53,816 bases of DNA. Source: a virus (lineage: Duplodnaviria; Caudoviricetes). The translations under genes were made by a program, and so were the position numbers. How positions within the stretch are numbered: position 1 is the first letter of the stretch; the number at the start of each line of letters is the position of its first letter. Under the pieces are notes generated by a model. It saw nothing but the letters and a program-made list of their open reading frames with translations, did not search any database and was not told the DNA's origin. Positions 35,401-45,845 of this stretch are shown here, one piece after another. The stretch spans positions 1-53,816 of the IMG/VR virus record IMGVR_UViG_3300032050_000179; one strand, 5' to 3'.

Positions 35401-37568
35401 GGATTAGTATATCCTTGTTCTTTATATGTGAATAAAAGATCTATCCTGTTTGGACTATAATAATTGTTCCAGATTTCTCCAAATGTTTTTTCCCTAGTTT
35501 CAATTTTCTTGATATAATCAGTAACATCTCCTTGTTCAGGAGAACCCATCGCAAATAATGTTTTTGCTTCATCGTATATTGACGAATCTATAAAAAGATT
35601 TAATTCTGATCCAGGAAAACTGCTACCAGTAATGACTTGATTAGTAACTTTACTATTTCCTATAGTGTTAGTGACAGTTGTAACACTAAGCGGTCTAAAA
35701 TCGAATCCTACCTGATTAGAGATAGCAGAAGCTGCTATATTAAAAGATTTTCTAAATTCTTTAGTCTTTATTTTTAATGTAGACTTTTCATCTTTTAAAT
35801 CTATTGTTCTTAAGTTTTCAAGATCGTTATTAGAAAAAACAGGAAGTTTATAGTTCTTTTTACTATCTTCAATTTGTGTAGTCAGGCTCTGTATTACAGT
35901 TTCATTTTTTTTAAATTCTTCTCGAATAGCTGAAACCGCAGCCTTGAATGTCAAATCTTTTTCTATTGAATCTACTTGAATTTTTTTAATTTCTACATCT
36001 CCTAACTTTAAAGCTGGTTTTTCTGTACTAACTACTGTACTTGTAAGATTAGTATCTTTAAACCCTAGCCTTTTATACGTGTCTAATATTAATTTATTTT
36101 CTTGATTTTTTAAAGAGATATTTTTTTCTATCTTTTCATTTCTAGTTTTTTCTAGTGATGCAAAAGAACCGTTTAATTTATCTAGCATATTAGCTCTAGC
36201 TTCTGTATATTCTAATACTATTTCATTCAAGTAAGCTGCTTCCTGGTACCACCAATAATTATTTAACGCATTCTGTTTTTCTTTAGCACACTGAGTCATT
36301 TTATCATTTACAGCTTCTATGTCTTTGATAAAATTTTGAATATCTTCTACTTCTTTAGCTTCATCTTCTGGTGTGTACCCATTGTTAGGAGGATTATTTT
36401 TAACAATTTGAGCTAAAATGTCTTGTGTGTTCTTAAAATCTATATTTGTGTCAACTACAGGCGGTTTTTCATCGCTACAACAATCTTCTTGTATAGCTTT
36501 AATATCTTCCGCTGAAAATGGAGCTACAACTACATCTGGAGTTCCACAGTCTTCATCCTCGAAATCAGGGGTAATCTTTAATAGTTTTTCATTGTCTAGA
36601 ATAGCTTTCATTTCATCTTGAATATTCACTTCTTGATAAAGAACTATTCCTAGTGCAGATAGTACATTTATTAGATCCTCTTTAGTTGTTGAATTGTTTA
36701 TAGCTTTTGTTACATCTTTTGAACTAGAGTAATTTTTTAAAGCCATAGTTTTCATGTCACTTAAAGTTAGAGGGACTTTAACTGTGAGTTTTATAGTTTT
36801 AGAAGGATCTTTCGGATCTGGTTTTTCTATTGTCGTTGTTTTAGTCGAAGAAGCTGTCACTAGTTGTGTAGTTTTCACATCCTTTAACGCGGCCAAAGCT
36901 TGAGCATTGTCAGCTTCTTTTTGAATAGCAATGTTCTTTTTTAAATCTTCTACTGTTTCTGGTTTCGGAAGATTCAGTTTTTTCTTTTTACTATCTGGTA
37001 TGGATTTATCTACACCGACAATAGGAAACCATGCTATTTCAGTAAGAGATATGATAAATTTAAACCCTAATGAAACTGGACCTACATTTAAAGTTTTTTC
37101 AGCAGTCATAGACAGTGTAGAAATAGAAAATGTGAGCTTGTCTAACATGCTTAAATCAATTTTAGACAAATCTATCAGTTTAGTTATGTCTAATCCTGGA
37201 ACATCAGAGAGATCAGCTACGTTAAATTTCCCTATTTTTTTGTTGACATCGTCCAATTGCAGCTGCTCAACAGGAACTTCTGTGACAGGAGTACTTAGGA
37301 AAATTTTAGCTATCTCGACAATATCATCTATATTAGAATTACCTGGAGCACTGACATAAGGGCCCATGCCTGCAGCTAAACGTTGTTTATTAGCTTCAGA
37401 TAAATCAGCCTTCTTAAAAAGATCACTAACTTCTTTTAAAGCTTCTACCGCTCCAAATGACGGTTCAGTAGAAGTTCCTAAAATCTGCTGTATCTTCTCT
37501 AGTATAAGAGAAACTCCTTCTGATTTAGGTTCGCAACAGTGACAATTTATTTCGTGAATTACGGGCAT
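32493..37568 (-). CDS. Very large hypothetical protein (Pro-rich/hydrophobic C-terminus; likely virion-associated)
   Basis: 1691-aa ORF coupled to gp5-like gene. Confidence 0.7.
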   Translation of the reverse strand: MPVIHEINCHCCEPKSEGVSLILEKIQQILGTSTEPSFGAVEALKEVSDLFKKADLSEANKQRLAAGMGPYVSAPGNSNIDDIVEIAKIFLSTPVTEVPVEQLQLDDVNKKIGKFNVADLSDVPGLDITKLIDLSKIDLSMLDKLTFSISTLSMTAEKTLNVGPVSLGFKFIISLTEIAWFPIVGVDKSIPDSKKKKLNLPKPETVEDLKKNIAIQKEADNAQALAALKDVKTTQLVTASSTKTTTIEKPDPKDPSKTIKLTVKVPLTLSDMKTMALKNYSSSKDVTKAINNSTTKEDLINVLSALGIVLYQEVNIQDEMKAILDNEKLLKITPDFEDEDCGTPDVVVAPFSAEDIKAIQEDCCSDEKPPVVDTNIDFKNTQDILAQIVKNNPPNNGYTPEDEAKEVEDIQNFIKDIEAVNDKMTQCAKEKQNALNNYWWYQEAAYLNEIVLEYTEARANMLDKLNGSFASLEKTRNEKIEKNISLKNQENKLILDTYKRLGFKDTNLTSTVVSTEKPALKLGDVEIKKIQVDSIEKDLTFKAAVSAIREEFKKNETVIQSLTTQIEDSKKNYKLPVFSNNDLENLRTIDLKDEKSTLKIKTKEFRKSFNIAASAISNQVGFDFRPLSVTTVTNTIGNSKVTNQVITGSSFPGSELNLFIDSSIYDEAKTLFAMGSPEQGDVTDYIKKIETREKTFGEIWNNYYSPNRIDLLFTYKEQGYTNPKPQYDETGNPLGPKTTITIQNPLGGSEKMKVAESVTKLDINEEIALDFWRNLESKTNDKMLLLLKQWKASSKYTSYIKSIRTAAENEAKYAFSVNLIYQENSFLVRSFDSLTNSFKFNQSITNSSLKVNAGTSKLSDSFKDLYTMSYESVKQFQKSIESKIDSINAFMELKKKCIAEGEKEIEEKAINLSNKKNTLNKKKEKDGDSIDTDEEAATSAPNANKDTSKNVSGGNKISFTADDCKKKLGSDPFGLKGIGNCPGPVKNCYWEEYTKKMQLVSLMPIPDIEALYKRLFRYYPVAIQIPVPVPAPVVLPTLASGIPDPLISIPLPIIWKHIITLTLPVGMFVIWIGLCGPIPGPYIMYIDEQMNPMFLVSPKGPIQIPANSLKTQDIEDKSLIEMLKPLDLSFKIPFIEPFNSLMLGKKKIPGSFLKNDPDHPTVVIDNIRTKIKSATDSIDAADLTLDIDKEKLKRAKDAFKNFPPDIEAIQDTLASIGNTIDRAIDGMKISSIKFPKDPKRLAIPSLGFAEFLEDINKLLDTKIDLGLPIKTISLKNEIKKIFDRLLSDPDIKASFANINKEIEELEVNLAIQGGLDADKVKARVKKIKEAIKKVADKAAKIITPEMLGFVAALAIPIPLPFPCYDNVTIPPIPPYIAVIILAIKTLGDLIMGIPDSAFANALRIDLKSRLPRIDDMMTFIIDAMLIFVPELSFPDTQSGTVIKNTIKASIQNFFKFKIRPPHPGAMQITIPESLIKNLIKTAIKSAFAAVVTIIMGELMKAVNAEDVAKVLAVALIIKAIFSTDLGSITGNDIKAFLTSSLDLVDEKLEEIKNLLISIPKVDFKSLKETFFPPAISESLKKKPLKILREGPFLEVNTALMLDVTKPMLDILQKLNLPFPVILLGCALTPTRITLTKLHPFSPKQILPSWEMLSLKNIPWVIFLDQLVATAQRQGGLVSDYVIPYYLPDLPV

Positions 37569-38395
37569 TATGAAGATACTTTAACATTTTTGGAAGTAGA
37601 TAATTGCTCAAAACTTGCAGCTTGTGAAGATAATACTCCAGGCGAACTTGGAAGTTTAGCATCTATAGCAGACGCCATCATCTTTAAAAAAGTCCATAGA
37701 GGTTCAGCTAAAACTGCTGAATAACCGGGAGCTGGGCCTAGTTTAGTAACACTTTGGCCATTCAGAACACATTCAGAAGCTTGTGACTGTACTTTTGAAT
37801 TAGCAGTTATATTTACAGAAGAATTAGATGTTATATTAATATTAGATCCTACTAATTCTATTATAGAAGATGTGCCTTTATGCTCTATAGTTATACTAGA
37901 ATCAGGATTAATTACTATATGAGAGTCTTTATGAAAAAATTCAAGTCCTTTCGACTGCGTGTAAAGTATTTTAGTTTTTTCATCTTCATCTATATATAAA
38001 ACAGTCGCATTTTCATAAGAATCTTTTATCTCATCTATTAATGACTGATTAAGATCTTGAACACTAAAATATTCAGGCGCATAAAGATTTCCACTGTTAA
38101 ATTTAATTTTAACTTTAGTTCCAATTTTAGGAATAGAAAGAGAACCAGCGCCTTTAGATTCTCCACCGCCGTAAACATTGCTATTCCCGGGGTAGGCCCA
38201 CGGGATTTGATCATCTGGTATAAGGTAGCCAGAATCAGGGTCATCTATCTTGTTAGTTCCATCAAATTTTCCATAAACTCTAACTCTACATCTTCCTGAG
38301 AATTCAGGATCTTTATTATCTACAACTTCTCCTACCCATTCAGTTCCATTTAAACTATCTTGAGTTAAAGTTTTTATAAAATCAGTATACGCCAT
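37568..38395 (-). CDS. Baseplate spike/hub protein (T4 gp5 / VgrG OB-fold)
   Basis: WVGEVVDNKDPEFSGRCRVRVYG, IPWAYP, IPKIGTKV; beta-helix repeats; no lysozyme domain. Confidence 0.85.
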   Translation of the reverse strand: MAYTDFIKTLTQDSLNGTEWVGEVVDNKDPEFSGRCRVRVYGKFDGTNKIDDPDSGYLIPDDQIPWAYPGNSNVYGGGESKGAGSLSIPKIGTKVKIKFNSGNLYAPEYFSVQDLNQSLIDEIKDSYENATVLYIDEDEKTKILYTQSKGLEFFHKDSHIVINPDSSITIEHKGTSSIIELVGSNINITSNSSVNITANSKVQSQASECVLNGQSVTKLGPAPGYSAVLAEPLWTFLKMMASAIDAKLPSSPGVLSSQAASFEQLSTSKNVKVSS

Positions 38396-40026
38396 TATAC
38401 AGTAGTGTTATTTGGATCTTGTTGAGTACCATTAGTACTTTCAAGACCTCCATAATTAAAGACATTTTTCTTCCTAAGTGTTCTATCTATTTTAGCTGGC
38501 TCTAAAGTATCTTTAGGGAGTGTTTCTTGAGTTTCAGGTGCTCCAGTTAAAATACTTTTATTAAGTGTTTGATTAACTACTCCAGCAGATTGATTGTTTG
38601 ATATCTGATTGCCAGGTGTGAGAAAATCGTTCAATTGTGTAGCAGCATTTTGTATAAAAGATCTTTGTCCATAAACATTTCCTAAAGGAGCTGTTCCTAA
38701 AATACCTCCAGTAGTTTTTCCTAACCAATTATTCATTTCTTGATTGAGATAAGGGGCTGAATTCTTCAATAAACTACCTAATGCATTCTCTAAGGGCTTA
38801 TTTCGAAGTCTATCTGCAGATTTTTCAGCTTCTTGATGTGCTTCGCTTTGTGTTCTCCATTGCGGAAAAATAGATTCTCTATATGCACTAAATGTTGTGA
38901 ATGAAGGAGTACCTTCTCCTCTTTCTATAGGTTTTTTATCGTAAGGTTCAAAATAAGGTTGACTATAAATACCTGTGTCTAACTTAATACTAGAAGGTGT
39001 TCTAACATTTTTTGTCCATTCTGAGATTACATAATCGTAAAATGAATAGTAGCCTACCTTCTCTATCTTTCCAACATTTATCTTAAATTTATAAGTGGCT
39101 TCTGTCGAATCTTTAACTGAAACTGTGTCAAGATATGCTGGAGCTTCAGAAAAGAAGTCAAACTCACAATCTTTTAATTTAAAGGTTTGAACACTTATTG
39201 CTTCAAATGTAGGTTTCATGGTATTCATTTCATCATTCCCAGCATTGTCTCCTAGGTTAGTGAAAAGACCTCCTAATGATGAATTCACAGACCCCATCAT
39301 GTTCTGGACATTCGAAAATGCTCCAGAAAATAACGCAGTTGATCCATATACATTCTTTTTTGCTGCTTTTTCAGATTCTTTTTGACGATCTTCTCCGTCA
39401 AATGGTCTAGGACCATTTGCTAAAGCATCTGCAATGATTCCGTATGTAGTGTTAAAATTTCTCATTTCTAGCACATGGATCTCCATGTTAAAAGTTCTAA
39501 GATTAGCAGGTAAAACTTCTCTCCAGTTTTGGAAATCAAAAGCTACTAAACGATACAAATCTCCTAACATAGTCATTCTCATATCTATAGTTTCTAGACA
39601 GTCAATAGTTAAAGTTTTATCTTTTCCGCGGTAATTTATAGCTTTATCTATTTTATAGAGTTCAGCAAGGCCTGATACTTGTTGAAAATACCAAGGGGCT
39701 TTTTCTTGAATATCATATAAAAGATCTTGAAATTTTTGCAAAGCTGCTTGCCGAGTTGGCGCTCCAATTTTTGCTAAATAAGTAGCAGCGCTGTCTCCAA
39801 AAGCATAATCTGTAATTTTTTCACTTTTTTCTACAGCAGGTCTAAACAATCCACCTGAAGAATAAGCGTCAGTCGGAAGACTCAAACCACCGTCTGGGAA
39901 AAAATCTAATTTAAAAGATAAGAATGTAGGATCTTGTAAATCTGCAAAATGGTCAAATTTAGTATAAGGATTTGAAGATCCTGATATGAAATCTCTAACT
40001 AATGTATCTAAATGTCTTGAAGCCAT
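38395..40026 (-). CDS. Putative tail/baseplate structural protein
   Basis: 543 aa in baseplate operon; tube-fold-like PWYFQQVSGL / LTIDCLETIDMR. Confidence 0.55.
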   Translation of the reverse strand: MASRHLDTLVRDFISGSSNPYTKFDHFADLQDPTFLSFKLDFFPDGGLSLPTDAYSSGGLFRPAVEKSEKITDYAFGDSAATYLAKIGAPTRQAALQKFQDLLYDIQEKAPWYFQQVSGLAELYKIDKAINYRGKDKTLTIDCLETIDMRMTMLGDLYRLVAFDFQNWREVLPANLRTFNMEIHVLEMRNFNTTYGIIADALANGPRPFDGEDRQKESEKAAKKNVYGSTALFSGAFSNVQNMMGSVNSSLGGLFTNLGDNAGNDEMNTMKPTFEAISVQTFKLKDCEFDFFSEAPAYLDTVSVKDSTEATYKFKINVGKIEKVGYYSFYDYVISEWTKNVRTPSSIKLDTGIYSQPYFEPYDKKPIERGEGTPSFTTFSAYRESIFPQWRTQSEAHQEAEKSADRLRNKPLENALGSLLKNSAPYLNQEMNNWLGKTTGGILGTAPLGNVYGQRSFIQNAATQLNDFLTPGNQISNNQSAGVVNQTLNKSILTGAPETQETLPKDTLEPAKIDRTLRKKNVFNYGGLESTNGTQQDPNNTTV

Positions 40027-40038
40027 GTAAAATTATTT

Positions 40039-41514
40039 TTATTTTTTACCAGTAGGGGGTAAAGGTCCGCCTATCACAGGAGGAGTAGGCCATTCTCTTC
40101 TCACTAAATTTAATTCATGTCTAAATTCTCCTTCTCTGTATACATACCTCATACTCCATATAACATAGTTTCCTGTGATAGTTTTGTCTATGACCATAGG
40201 AGCTTCCATAGGTTCTACTTGTTCATTACCATTCTCATCTATTGGAGTATTTGCAATTTTTCTAGAGGCGTCTGTTCTAATAACAATAACTAGAGGTATG
40301 GATTGCATCATTCTTAAATTGGGATTCAGTGACTGTAAAACTACTTCAACACCCATTTTTTCTAAGTGGACAAGATTCTGATAATTTTGCACTTTTGCAA
40401 TATTGTACTTTTCATGACAATTTTCTCCTCCTTCTCCATATTGCACACCAAACCAATTACGTTGTATTTGTTCTAAATAGACATTTTCATTAGGTCTACC
40501 TTTTAATAACATCTTATCTTTTTCTGCTCCATCTGTAGTTTTCGGATCAACAAATAAAAATTGAGGCTCTTTTATCAAAGCATCATAATAAGATATGTAT
40601 CGTTTATACCCGTTAGCTAGGTTAACACTTGCTGCGTTATTAAATAATTTATATTTCTTTATGAAAAAAGGTGTTGACGAATGATCTTCCCAGTTAGATA
40701 TAACAGTTTTACCCAATTGTTTAGCTTGTACATTATCATTACCATAATCATTGGAGATCAAATCGTTCATCAAAGAGTCTTCTATTTCAGTATCTTCACT
40801 GAATAGAGGTTCAACGTTTACAAAATTCAAATAATAATAAACATCAACAAAGCTATAGAAAAAAGAATTTTCATCTTTCCATGCTGAATTAGTAACATCT
40901 TTAATAAAATCTACTGTCCTATCAAATGCACATATCCAAGATTGTTCATCGTCTGTATCAACTTCATTACTAGCAAATCCCAATTTAAGATCTGTGGCAA
41001 CTTGCATTAATGCTTTATATGAAGTTGCTTTTTTCGAAAAACATTTAACAGCTTTATACCCTGGAACATATAATTCTCCCGATATTGTCATGGATTCATA
41101 AGCGCTTTCATATACAGTCTCATCATTACTTATACTGACGCCTGTGATCAAGTAATCATTTCTAATAGGTTTGAATACATCATCTTTAGACCTAATAAAA
41201 ACGCTCATCACATCACCATCTTTCGGATAAGATCTAGAGTAAATACTTTTATCCATGATTAATAATCTAACTGAACATGTGGGCAATCCTTGTCCAACAT
41301 CTATAGAAAAAGACTCAATTTCATCTCCAGTAAAAATTTTAGTCAATACTTGAACAACAGGAGTGACGCCTCCCATCTGTTTCACAGTTTTAACCGGGGA
41401 AACAGTATTTGGTGCATTTTCATCAGCAGTCTGTTCATCGGTAAAAGCTTGTATCTCATCTAAAATAATAGTCGGCTCTGTAATAGCCCTGATTAACTGT
41501 TTCTCGTTAGCCAT
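40039..41514 (-). CDS. Putative baseplate hub (gp27-like)
   Basis: 491 aa; ITGNYVIWSMRYVY...HELNLVRR C-terminus; position between gp53-like and gp5-like genes. Confidence 0.6.
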   Translation of the reverse strand: MANEKQLIRAITEPTIILDEIQAFTDEQTADENAPNTVSPVKTVKQMGGVTPVVQVLTKIFTGDEIESFSIDVGQGLPTCSVRLLIMDKSIYSRSYPKDGDVMSVFIRSKDDVFKPIRNDYLITGVSISNDETVYESAYESMTISGELYVPGYKAVKCFSKKATSYKALMQVATDLKLGFASNEVDTDDEQSWICAFDRTVDFIKDVTNSAWKDENSFFYSFVDVYYYLNFVNVEPLFSEDTEIEDSLMNDLISNDYGNDNVQAKQLGKTVISNWEDHSSTPFFIKKYKLFNNAASVNLANGYKRYISYYDALIKEPQFLFVDPKTTDGAEKDKMLLKGRPNENVYLEQIQRNWFGVQYGEGGENCHEKYNIAKVQNYQNLVHLEKMGVEVVLQSLNPNLRMMQSIPLVIVIRTDASRKIANTPIDENGNEQVEPMEAPMVIDKTITGNYVIWSMRYVYREGEFRHELNLVRREWPTPPVIGGPLPPTGKK

Positions 41515-42121
41515 TCAATTTGTTTTTTATAAGTTTAGCTAAAAATTCACTTTTACTTAAAGGCACTTCGCATTCAGCTTTGCCTTTTGCAATATTTGGT
41601 CCAAACTGAACTTTCCCTCCTTTAATGATAATTTCTCTATCTCCTTCTTCAGCAATGTTTGGTGGTAAATTATTAGTAGAAGCGACTCCAATTTTTTCAG
41701 CTTTCTTTTTCTGGGCTTCTCTTCTCTTCATTTCTAATTTAGCTAATTTAGGATCTTGCTTAGCTTTCTTAGAAACATCTATATATTGGCTTCTTATTGC
41801 CGCAGCATTAACATTCCTTTCACCATTGGATGCTAGATTATCTCTCATATCATCTAGTGAAGGAATTAATAATCTATCTTTTTTACAAAGAGAAAATGGA
41901 TTAGATATAGAATTAAATTTTAGCAATAAATCCCAAAAAGTATCAGATCCATACACACTTTGTGAAACAACATCTGGTCTCATTTCAGTATGTTCATTAA
42001 CTGCGTAAATTCCTATAATATAAGGATCATAGTTATACCTAATACTGGGGTAAGTTAAATCTATGATCACTTCATTATCGCCACCTTTTAGTATAAACGG
42101 TTTTATGTCAAAAATTGTCAT
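41507..42121 (-). CDS. Baseplate wedge gp53/LysM-like protein
   Basis: RPDVVSQSVYGSDTFWDLLLKFNSISNPF..LLIP. Confidence 0.75.
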   Translation of the reverse strand: MTIFDIKPFILKGGDNEVIIDLTYPSIRYNYDPYIIGIYAVNEHTEMRPDVVSQSVYGSDTFWDLLLKFNSISNPFSLCKKDRLLIPSLDDMRDNLASNGERNVNAAAIRSQYIDVSKKAKQDPKLAKLEMKRREAQKKKAEKIGVASTNNLPPNIAEEGDREIIIKGGKVQFGPNIAKGKAECEVPLSKSEFLAKLIKNKLNG

Positions 42122-42130
42122 TGTTAACTA

Positions 42131-44017
42131 TTACTTTTGATAAGATCCTGTTCTCAAGAACATTTTATCTGCTGTTATATGTGCTTGCTTTCCTGTGCCT
42201 TTTGCAGATTCTCCTACAGATTTGAATTCACCTACAATTTGATCAAATGCAGATTGACCTGTAAGTGTTCCGAATCCTCTAGTACTTCTTCCATATCTTT
42301 TAGCATTACTTTCTCCACCAGCACCTTTACCTCCACTTCCAGCTCCTCTTCCCCATGAAGTATCATTTTTAGAATTTTGTGTAGCTGAAGAATTATTCAA
42401 AAAGTCTATAGTATCTTTAGGCGGATAATATATTCTACCTTGACCTCGGTTAAACATAGATTGTATATCACCTGCATCCCTAGGTCTTCCATGATCTAAT
42501 GCTATAGTAACTTTAAGTTCAGTAGGAAAATTGTCAGCACCTATAACATCGTTAAATTGAAATTTAGATTCTGTGCATATTAAATTACCTACTGCTAAGA
42601 TAGGATCATAGGGATTTCCTACTACCATATGCCATTCTCCTACAGGGTCACCCGTTAAAAGAGATTTCATAGATACCACAGCAGGAGCTTTACCTTTACC
42701 CATTTCGATCATACCTAATTTAGCTGCACCAGTCGCCAATTTTTTCAAAGTTCCAATGGGATCTTCTGCTAGTTGTGATAACGTATTAGATATAGTATCA
42801 AATGCTGCGGAAACTTGAGATCCTACAGCTTTTGCAAAACCTACAGGATCTCCTCTGTACCAAGCATTCATACCAGCCCTGCCTCCTAAAAAAGGATAAG
42901 TTGGAGCTTGTGGAAAATATCTATTAGCACCTCCCCAGAAACCTGCATTATTATATGTCAAAGCTAACATGTTAGACATTAAATCTAGCATAGCCGCTTT
43001 AGGGTTTATGTTTCCTATAGATTTTAGACTATAGTGAAAATTAAGAGTTAATTGATTTTTAAAATCTAAACCTCTATCTCTCTTATAAGTCTTCGAAATA
43101 GTATTAACTGGACCATATACTCTGTGTGCTAATGGCCCATTATTATAAGGGTCATACTGAGAGTTTGCAGTAGCAGCAGGAGTATTAACTTGACCAGTCA
43201 AAATACCCAATACTTTAGCTACACCTGGCAATGGAGAATCTTCACTGCCTTGTTCATTACCAGAAACGGTATTAACTTCAGCATCCACACTTTTCCAATT
43301 CATAGTAACAGTAAAGTTCAAAATATCAGAAAGCTTATTTTCGGTATGTTCACCGAACCAGGTAACAGCCTGTGCAATAGGATAAAATTCATCTTGCTTG
43401 GAAACTCCAGGAAAGCCTTTGATTTCGTCACCAGCTGTATCAGCTAATTGGATTGTAGTATTTTTAACTTCTGTAACTTTACCAGTTTTAGGATCTACGT
43501 ATGTCTTTTTGATTGGATCTATAGGTGAGTCATTTCTAGATGGCACAGCTAAGTTATCAAATGTTGGAGCAGGATATCTCCTGAGAGTTATTAACTGATT
43601 CAAAGGAATTTCACCGACATATTTACAGTACAAAAAATCTGTATAATAATACGGTGTTTTCTTAGCCAGTTCTGGATCATTAACTAGTTTGGATATAGTA
43701 GGAGTTGCGATTTCAGCTTTAGGTGAAAATAAATTGCCTTCGTATCCTCTTTGCTCATCCGGAGCATTGCTTTTTCCATCTCCGCCATCTATAATTTTAT
43801 TAAGGAGTGAACCGCTATTTCTAAAAGCCGTTCCTGAAGCATTTGGAAAAACTACAACTGCATAAGGGTTGAATAAGGAAGGCGTTCCTGTTTCTAAGTC
43901 AGGAACACTTCCTGCTACTGAGTTCTTTTTATCTCCAGGAGAAAACTCTATCTCAAGAGTTTCTCTAAAAGGAATCATACCTTTAGGAGAAGAATTAGGT
44001 CCTATTATAATAGCCAT
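42131..44017 (-). CDS. Putative tail-tube initiator/baseplate protein (gp48/54-like)
   Basis: 628 aa, first gene of baseplate operon after GATATATA (44037-44044); FPTELKVTIAL C-terminal motif. Confidence 0.5.
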   Translation of the reverse strand: MAIIIGPNSSPKGMIPFRETLEIEFSPGDKKNSVAGSVPDLETGTPSLFNPYAVVVFPNASGTAFRNSGSLLNKIIDGGDGKSNAPDEQRGYEGNLFSPKAEIATPTISKLVNDPELAKKTPYYYTDFLYCKYVGEIPLNQLITLRRYPAPTFDNLAVPSRNDSPIDPIKKTYVDPKTGKVTEVKNTTIQLADTAGDEIKGFPGVSKQDEFYPIAQAVTWFGEHTENKLSDILNFTVTMNWKSVDAEVNTVSGNEQGSEDSPLPGVAKVLGILTGQVNTPAATANSQYDPYNNGPLAHRVYGPVNTISKTYKRDRGLDFKNQLTLNFHYSLKSIGNINPKAAMLDLMSNMLALTYNNAGFWGGANRYFPQAPTYPFLGGRAGMNAWYRGDPVGFAKAVGSQVSAAFDTISNTLSQLAEDPIGTLKKLATGAAKLGMIEMGKGKAPAVVSMKSLLTGDPVGEWHMVVGNPYDPILAVGNLICTESKFQFNDVIGADNFPTELKVTIALDHGRPRDAGDIQSMFNRGQGRIYYPPKDTIDFLNNSSATQNSKNDTSWGRGAGSGGKGAGGESNAKRYGRSTRGFGTLTGQSAFDQIVGEFKSVGESAKGTGKQAHITADKMFLRTGSYQK

Positions 44018-44071
44018 TTACTGATGTTCTTTTTTCTATATATCATAAAAAGAAAATCTGCCAACCTGTAA

Positions 44072-44419
44072 TTAATAAGACTTACATACAACTTGAAATT
44101 CAGTTTCTTTTTTCATGTAGACTACTTCATACTTGAAATTACAATTTATTGAATAATTAAGAATGTCGTGAGCTAGTTGTTCACGACATTCTTCAACTAA
44201 AAATAATACTCTGTAAAATCTTCTACTATTATTAAAAGCTTCAAGTCTTTTAACAATCTCATTATTCACTATAAACGAAGAATGATCATCAAGACCTATA
44301 GATGACTCGTAGCCTAATGAAGAAGTAATTTCTTTAATATCTATAACACCAAAATCTCTAAGGAAAGGGTGTTCTTTCTTTAGTTCTTTTCTATTACCTT
44401 TAGCTATCCAAAGCTCCAT
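44072..44419 (-). CDS. Hypothetical protein
   Basis: ORF; likely start near MELWIAKG. Confidence 0.6.
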   Translation of the reverse strand: MELWIAKGNRKELKKEHPFLRDFGVIDIKEITSSLGYESSIGLDDHSSFIVNNEIVKRLEAFNNSRRFYRVLFLVEECREQLAHDILNYSINCNFKYEVVYMKKETEFQVVCKSY

Positions 44420-44708
44420 CATTTTCATCATTTTTCTTGGATAACAGAGACATTGCGTCTTCCGCTGAGTAACCTTGAGAAATGAGTGCATTTAATTCTT
44501 CTTCGTCTCGTCGCTTATCACGCTCCTCTTTTAATTTAGCATCTCTTTCTAAGTTTCTCTCTACGTTCCTTAGATGTATCTGTTTACCAGCTTCTAGAGC
44601 TCTCCTATTTATTTCCATCTGTTGTTGGATAGGAAGTTTACTCTTTTCTTTCAGAAGGCCCATCTCTTTTGCCCACAATCTTCGTTGTTTTCTATTTGGA
44701 AGTTCCAT
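44400..44708 (-). CDS. Hypothetical charged protein (PNRKQRR)
   Basis: ORF; likely start MELPNRKQRR. Confidence 0.65.
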   Translation of the reverse strand: MELPNRKQRRLWAKEMGLLKEKSKLPIQQQMEINRRALEAGKQIHLRNVERNLERDAKLKEERDKRRDEEELNALISQGYSAEDAMSLLSKKNDENDGALDS

Positions 44709-45213
44709 AATTCGTAAATTCTTCTTTATAAAGATTAGTAAAAAGCTTAAAGAAGCAGGATTGAAGAATAGAATCATTAATCTTCTTAGCTTCGTTTAGC
44801 GTGATCAATTTAAACTTTAGAGCAGTCTCATGTTCAGATCCATCACCCTCAACCTTTCCTTGTTCAAGACCTGTCACATCTGCACTGTAACAATAAATAG
44901 GATCTGTAAAAATTTTAGAAGTGTATAGCTCTCCTATAAAATCCCATCTTTCAGATTCTATCACATTGTACCCTGACTCTTCTCTAGTTTCTATTTTTGC
45001 TCGTTGTAATAAAGATCTATCTTCATTCTCAACCTTTCCCATTACTAAATTAGTATATGTTCCTGATTGAAAATGAGGATTGTCTTCAGTCACTACACCT
45101 ATTTTATCCAATAAACCTTCATCATCTAATGTATAGATAATTACTGCAACTACAGAATGACTATTTTTTATAGCATAGTATTCATCCTTCTCGATTATTT
45201 CAAAAGGTTTCAT
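44692..45213 (-). CDS. NUDIX hydrolase-like protein
   Basis: GKVENEDRSLLQRAKIETREESGY Nudix box. Confidence 0.75.
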   Translation of the reverse strand: MKPFEIIEKDEYYAIKNSHSVVAVIIYTLDDEGLLDKIGVVTEDNPHFQSGTYTNLVMGKVENEDRSLLQRAKIETREESGYNVIESERWDFIGELYTSKIFTDPIYCYSADVTGLEQGKVEGDGSEHETALKFKLITLNEAKKINDSILQSCFFKLFTNLYKEEFTNYGTSK

Positions 45214-45845
45214 TGATTTTTTCTTCTTTTTTGATAGATTGTCTGCAGTTCTTTTCTTAAACAATCTCTTAAAAGGCTATCATGAATCTGATTCATTGCA
45301 GCTTGCAATAAAACATCGTCTACATTCTCAAAATTATCTTTAATCACATGGTATAAATCTGGTGGTAGAATCTTAAGAGGTATAGTTAATGTAATCTTTT
45401 CAGTCTTCTTTTTAGATTTTTCAAAGATTTCTTTTACTGGATCTATTTGACTAACATAAGACTTTTCTGTAACTATATTTTCAGTAAAAGGTCTATATTC
45501 AGTTTTTACATGATTGAGTATGTCATCAGATTGATAAATAGGATTCTCTGATTCAAGAGGCAAAATTTCTTCAGGATATTGATGCATAAGAACTACATCT
45601 CCTATTAAGTCGGCACGTACTCTTGTATCATCCTGGAAAACTACATATTCAATATCATTCTCGAGTAAAAAACACCTGAATTTACTAACATCACCTTGCC
45701 GTTCAGTCTTGATCCATTGAAAGTGAGATTCTGAATAAATTTCTTGTCTTGTTTTTTGTATTTTTTCCATTCCTATTTCATTGTAAATATTTTCTGGGAA
45801 CATTTGGTCACCCCTGACATGTTGATCTATTTCATTATTACTCAT
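45210..45845 (-). CDS. Hypothetical protein
   Basis: ORF; likely start MSNNEIDQ with ATGA overlap. Confidence 0.65.
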   Translation of the reverse strand: MSNNEIDQHVRGDQMFPENIYNEIGMEKIQKTRQEIYSESHFQWIKTERQGDVSKFRCFLLENDIEYVVFQDDTRVRADLIGDVVLMHQYPEEILPLESENPIYQSDDILNHVKTEYRPFTENIVTEKSYVSQIDPVKEIFEKSKKKTEKITLTIPLKILPPDLYHVIKDNFENVDDVLLQAAMNQIHDSLLRDCLRKELQTIYQKRRKNQ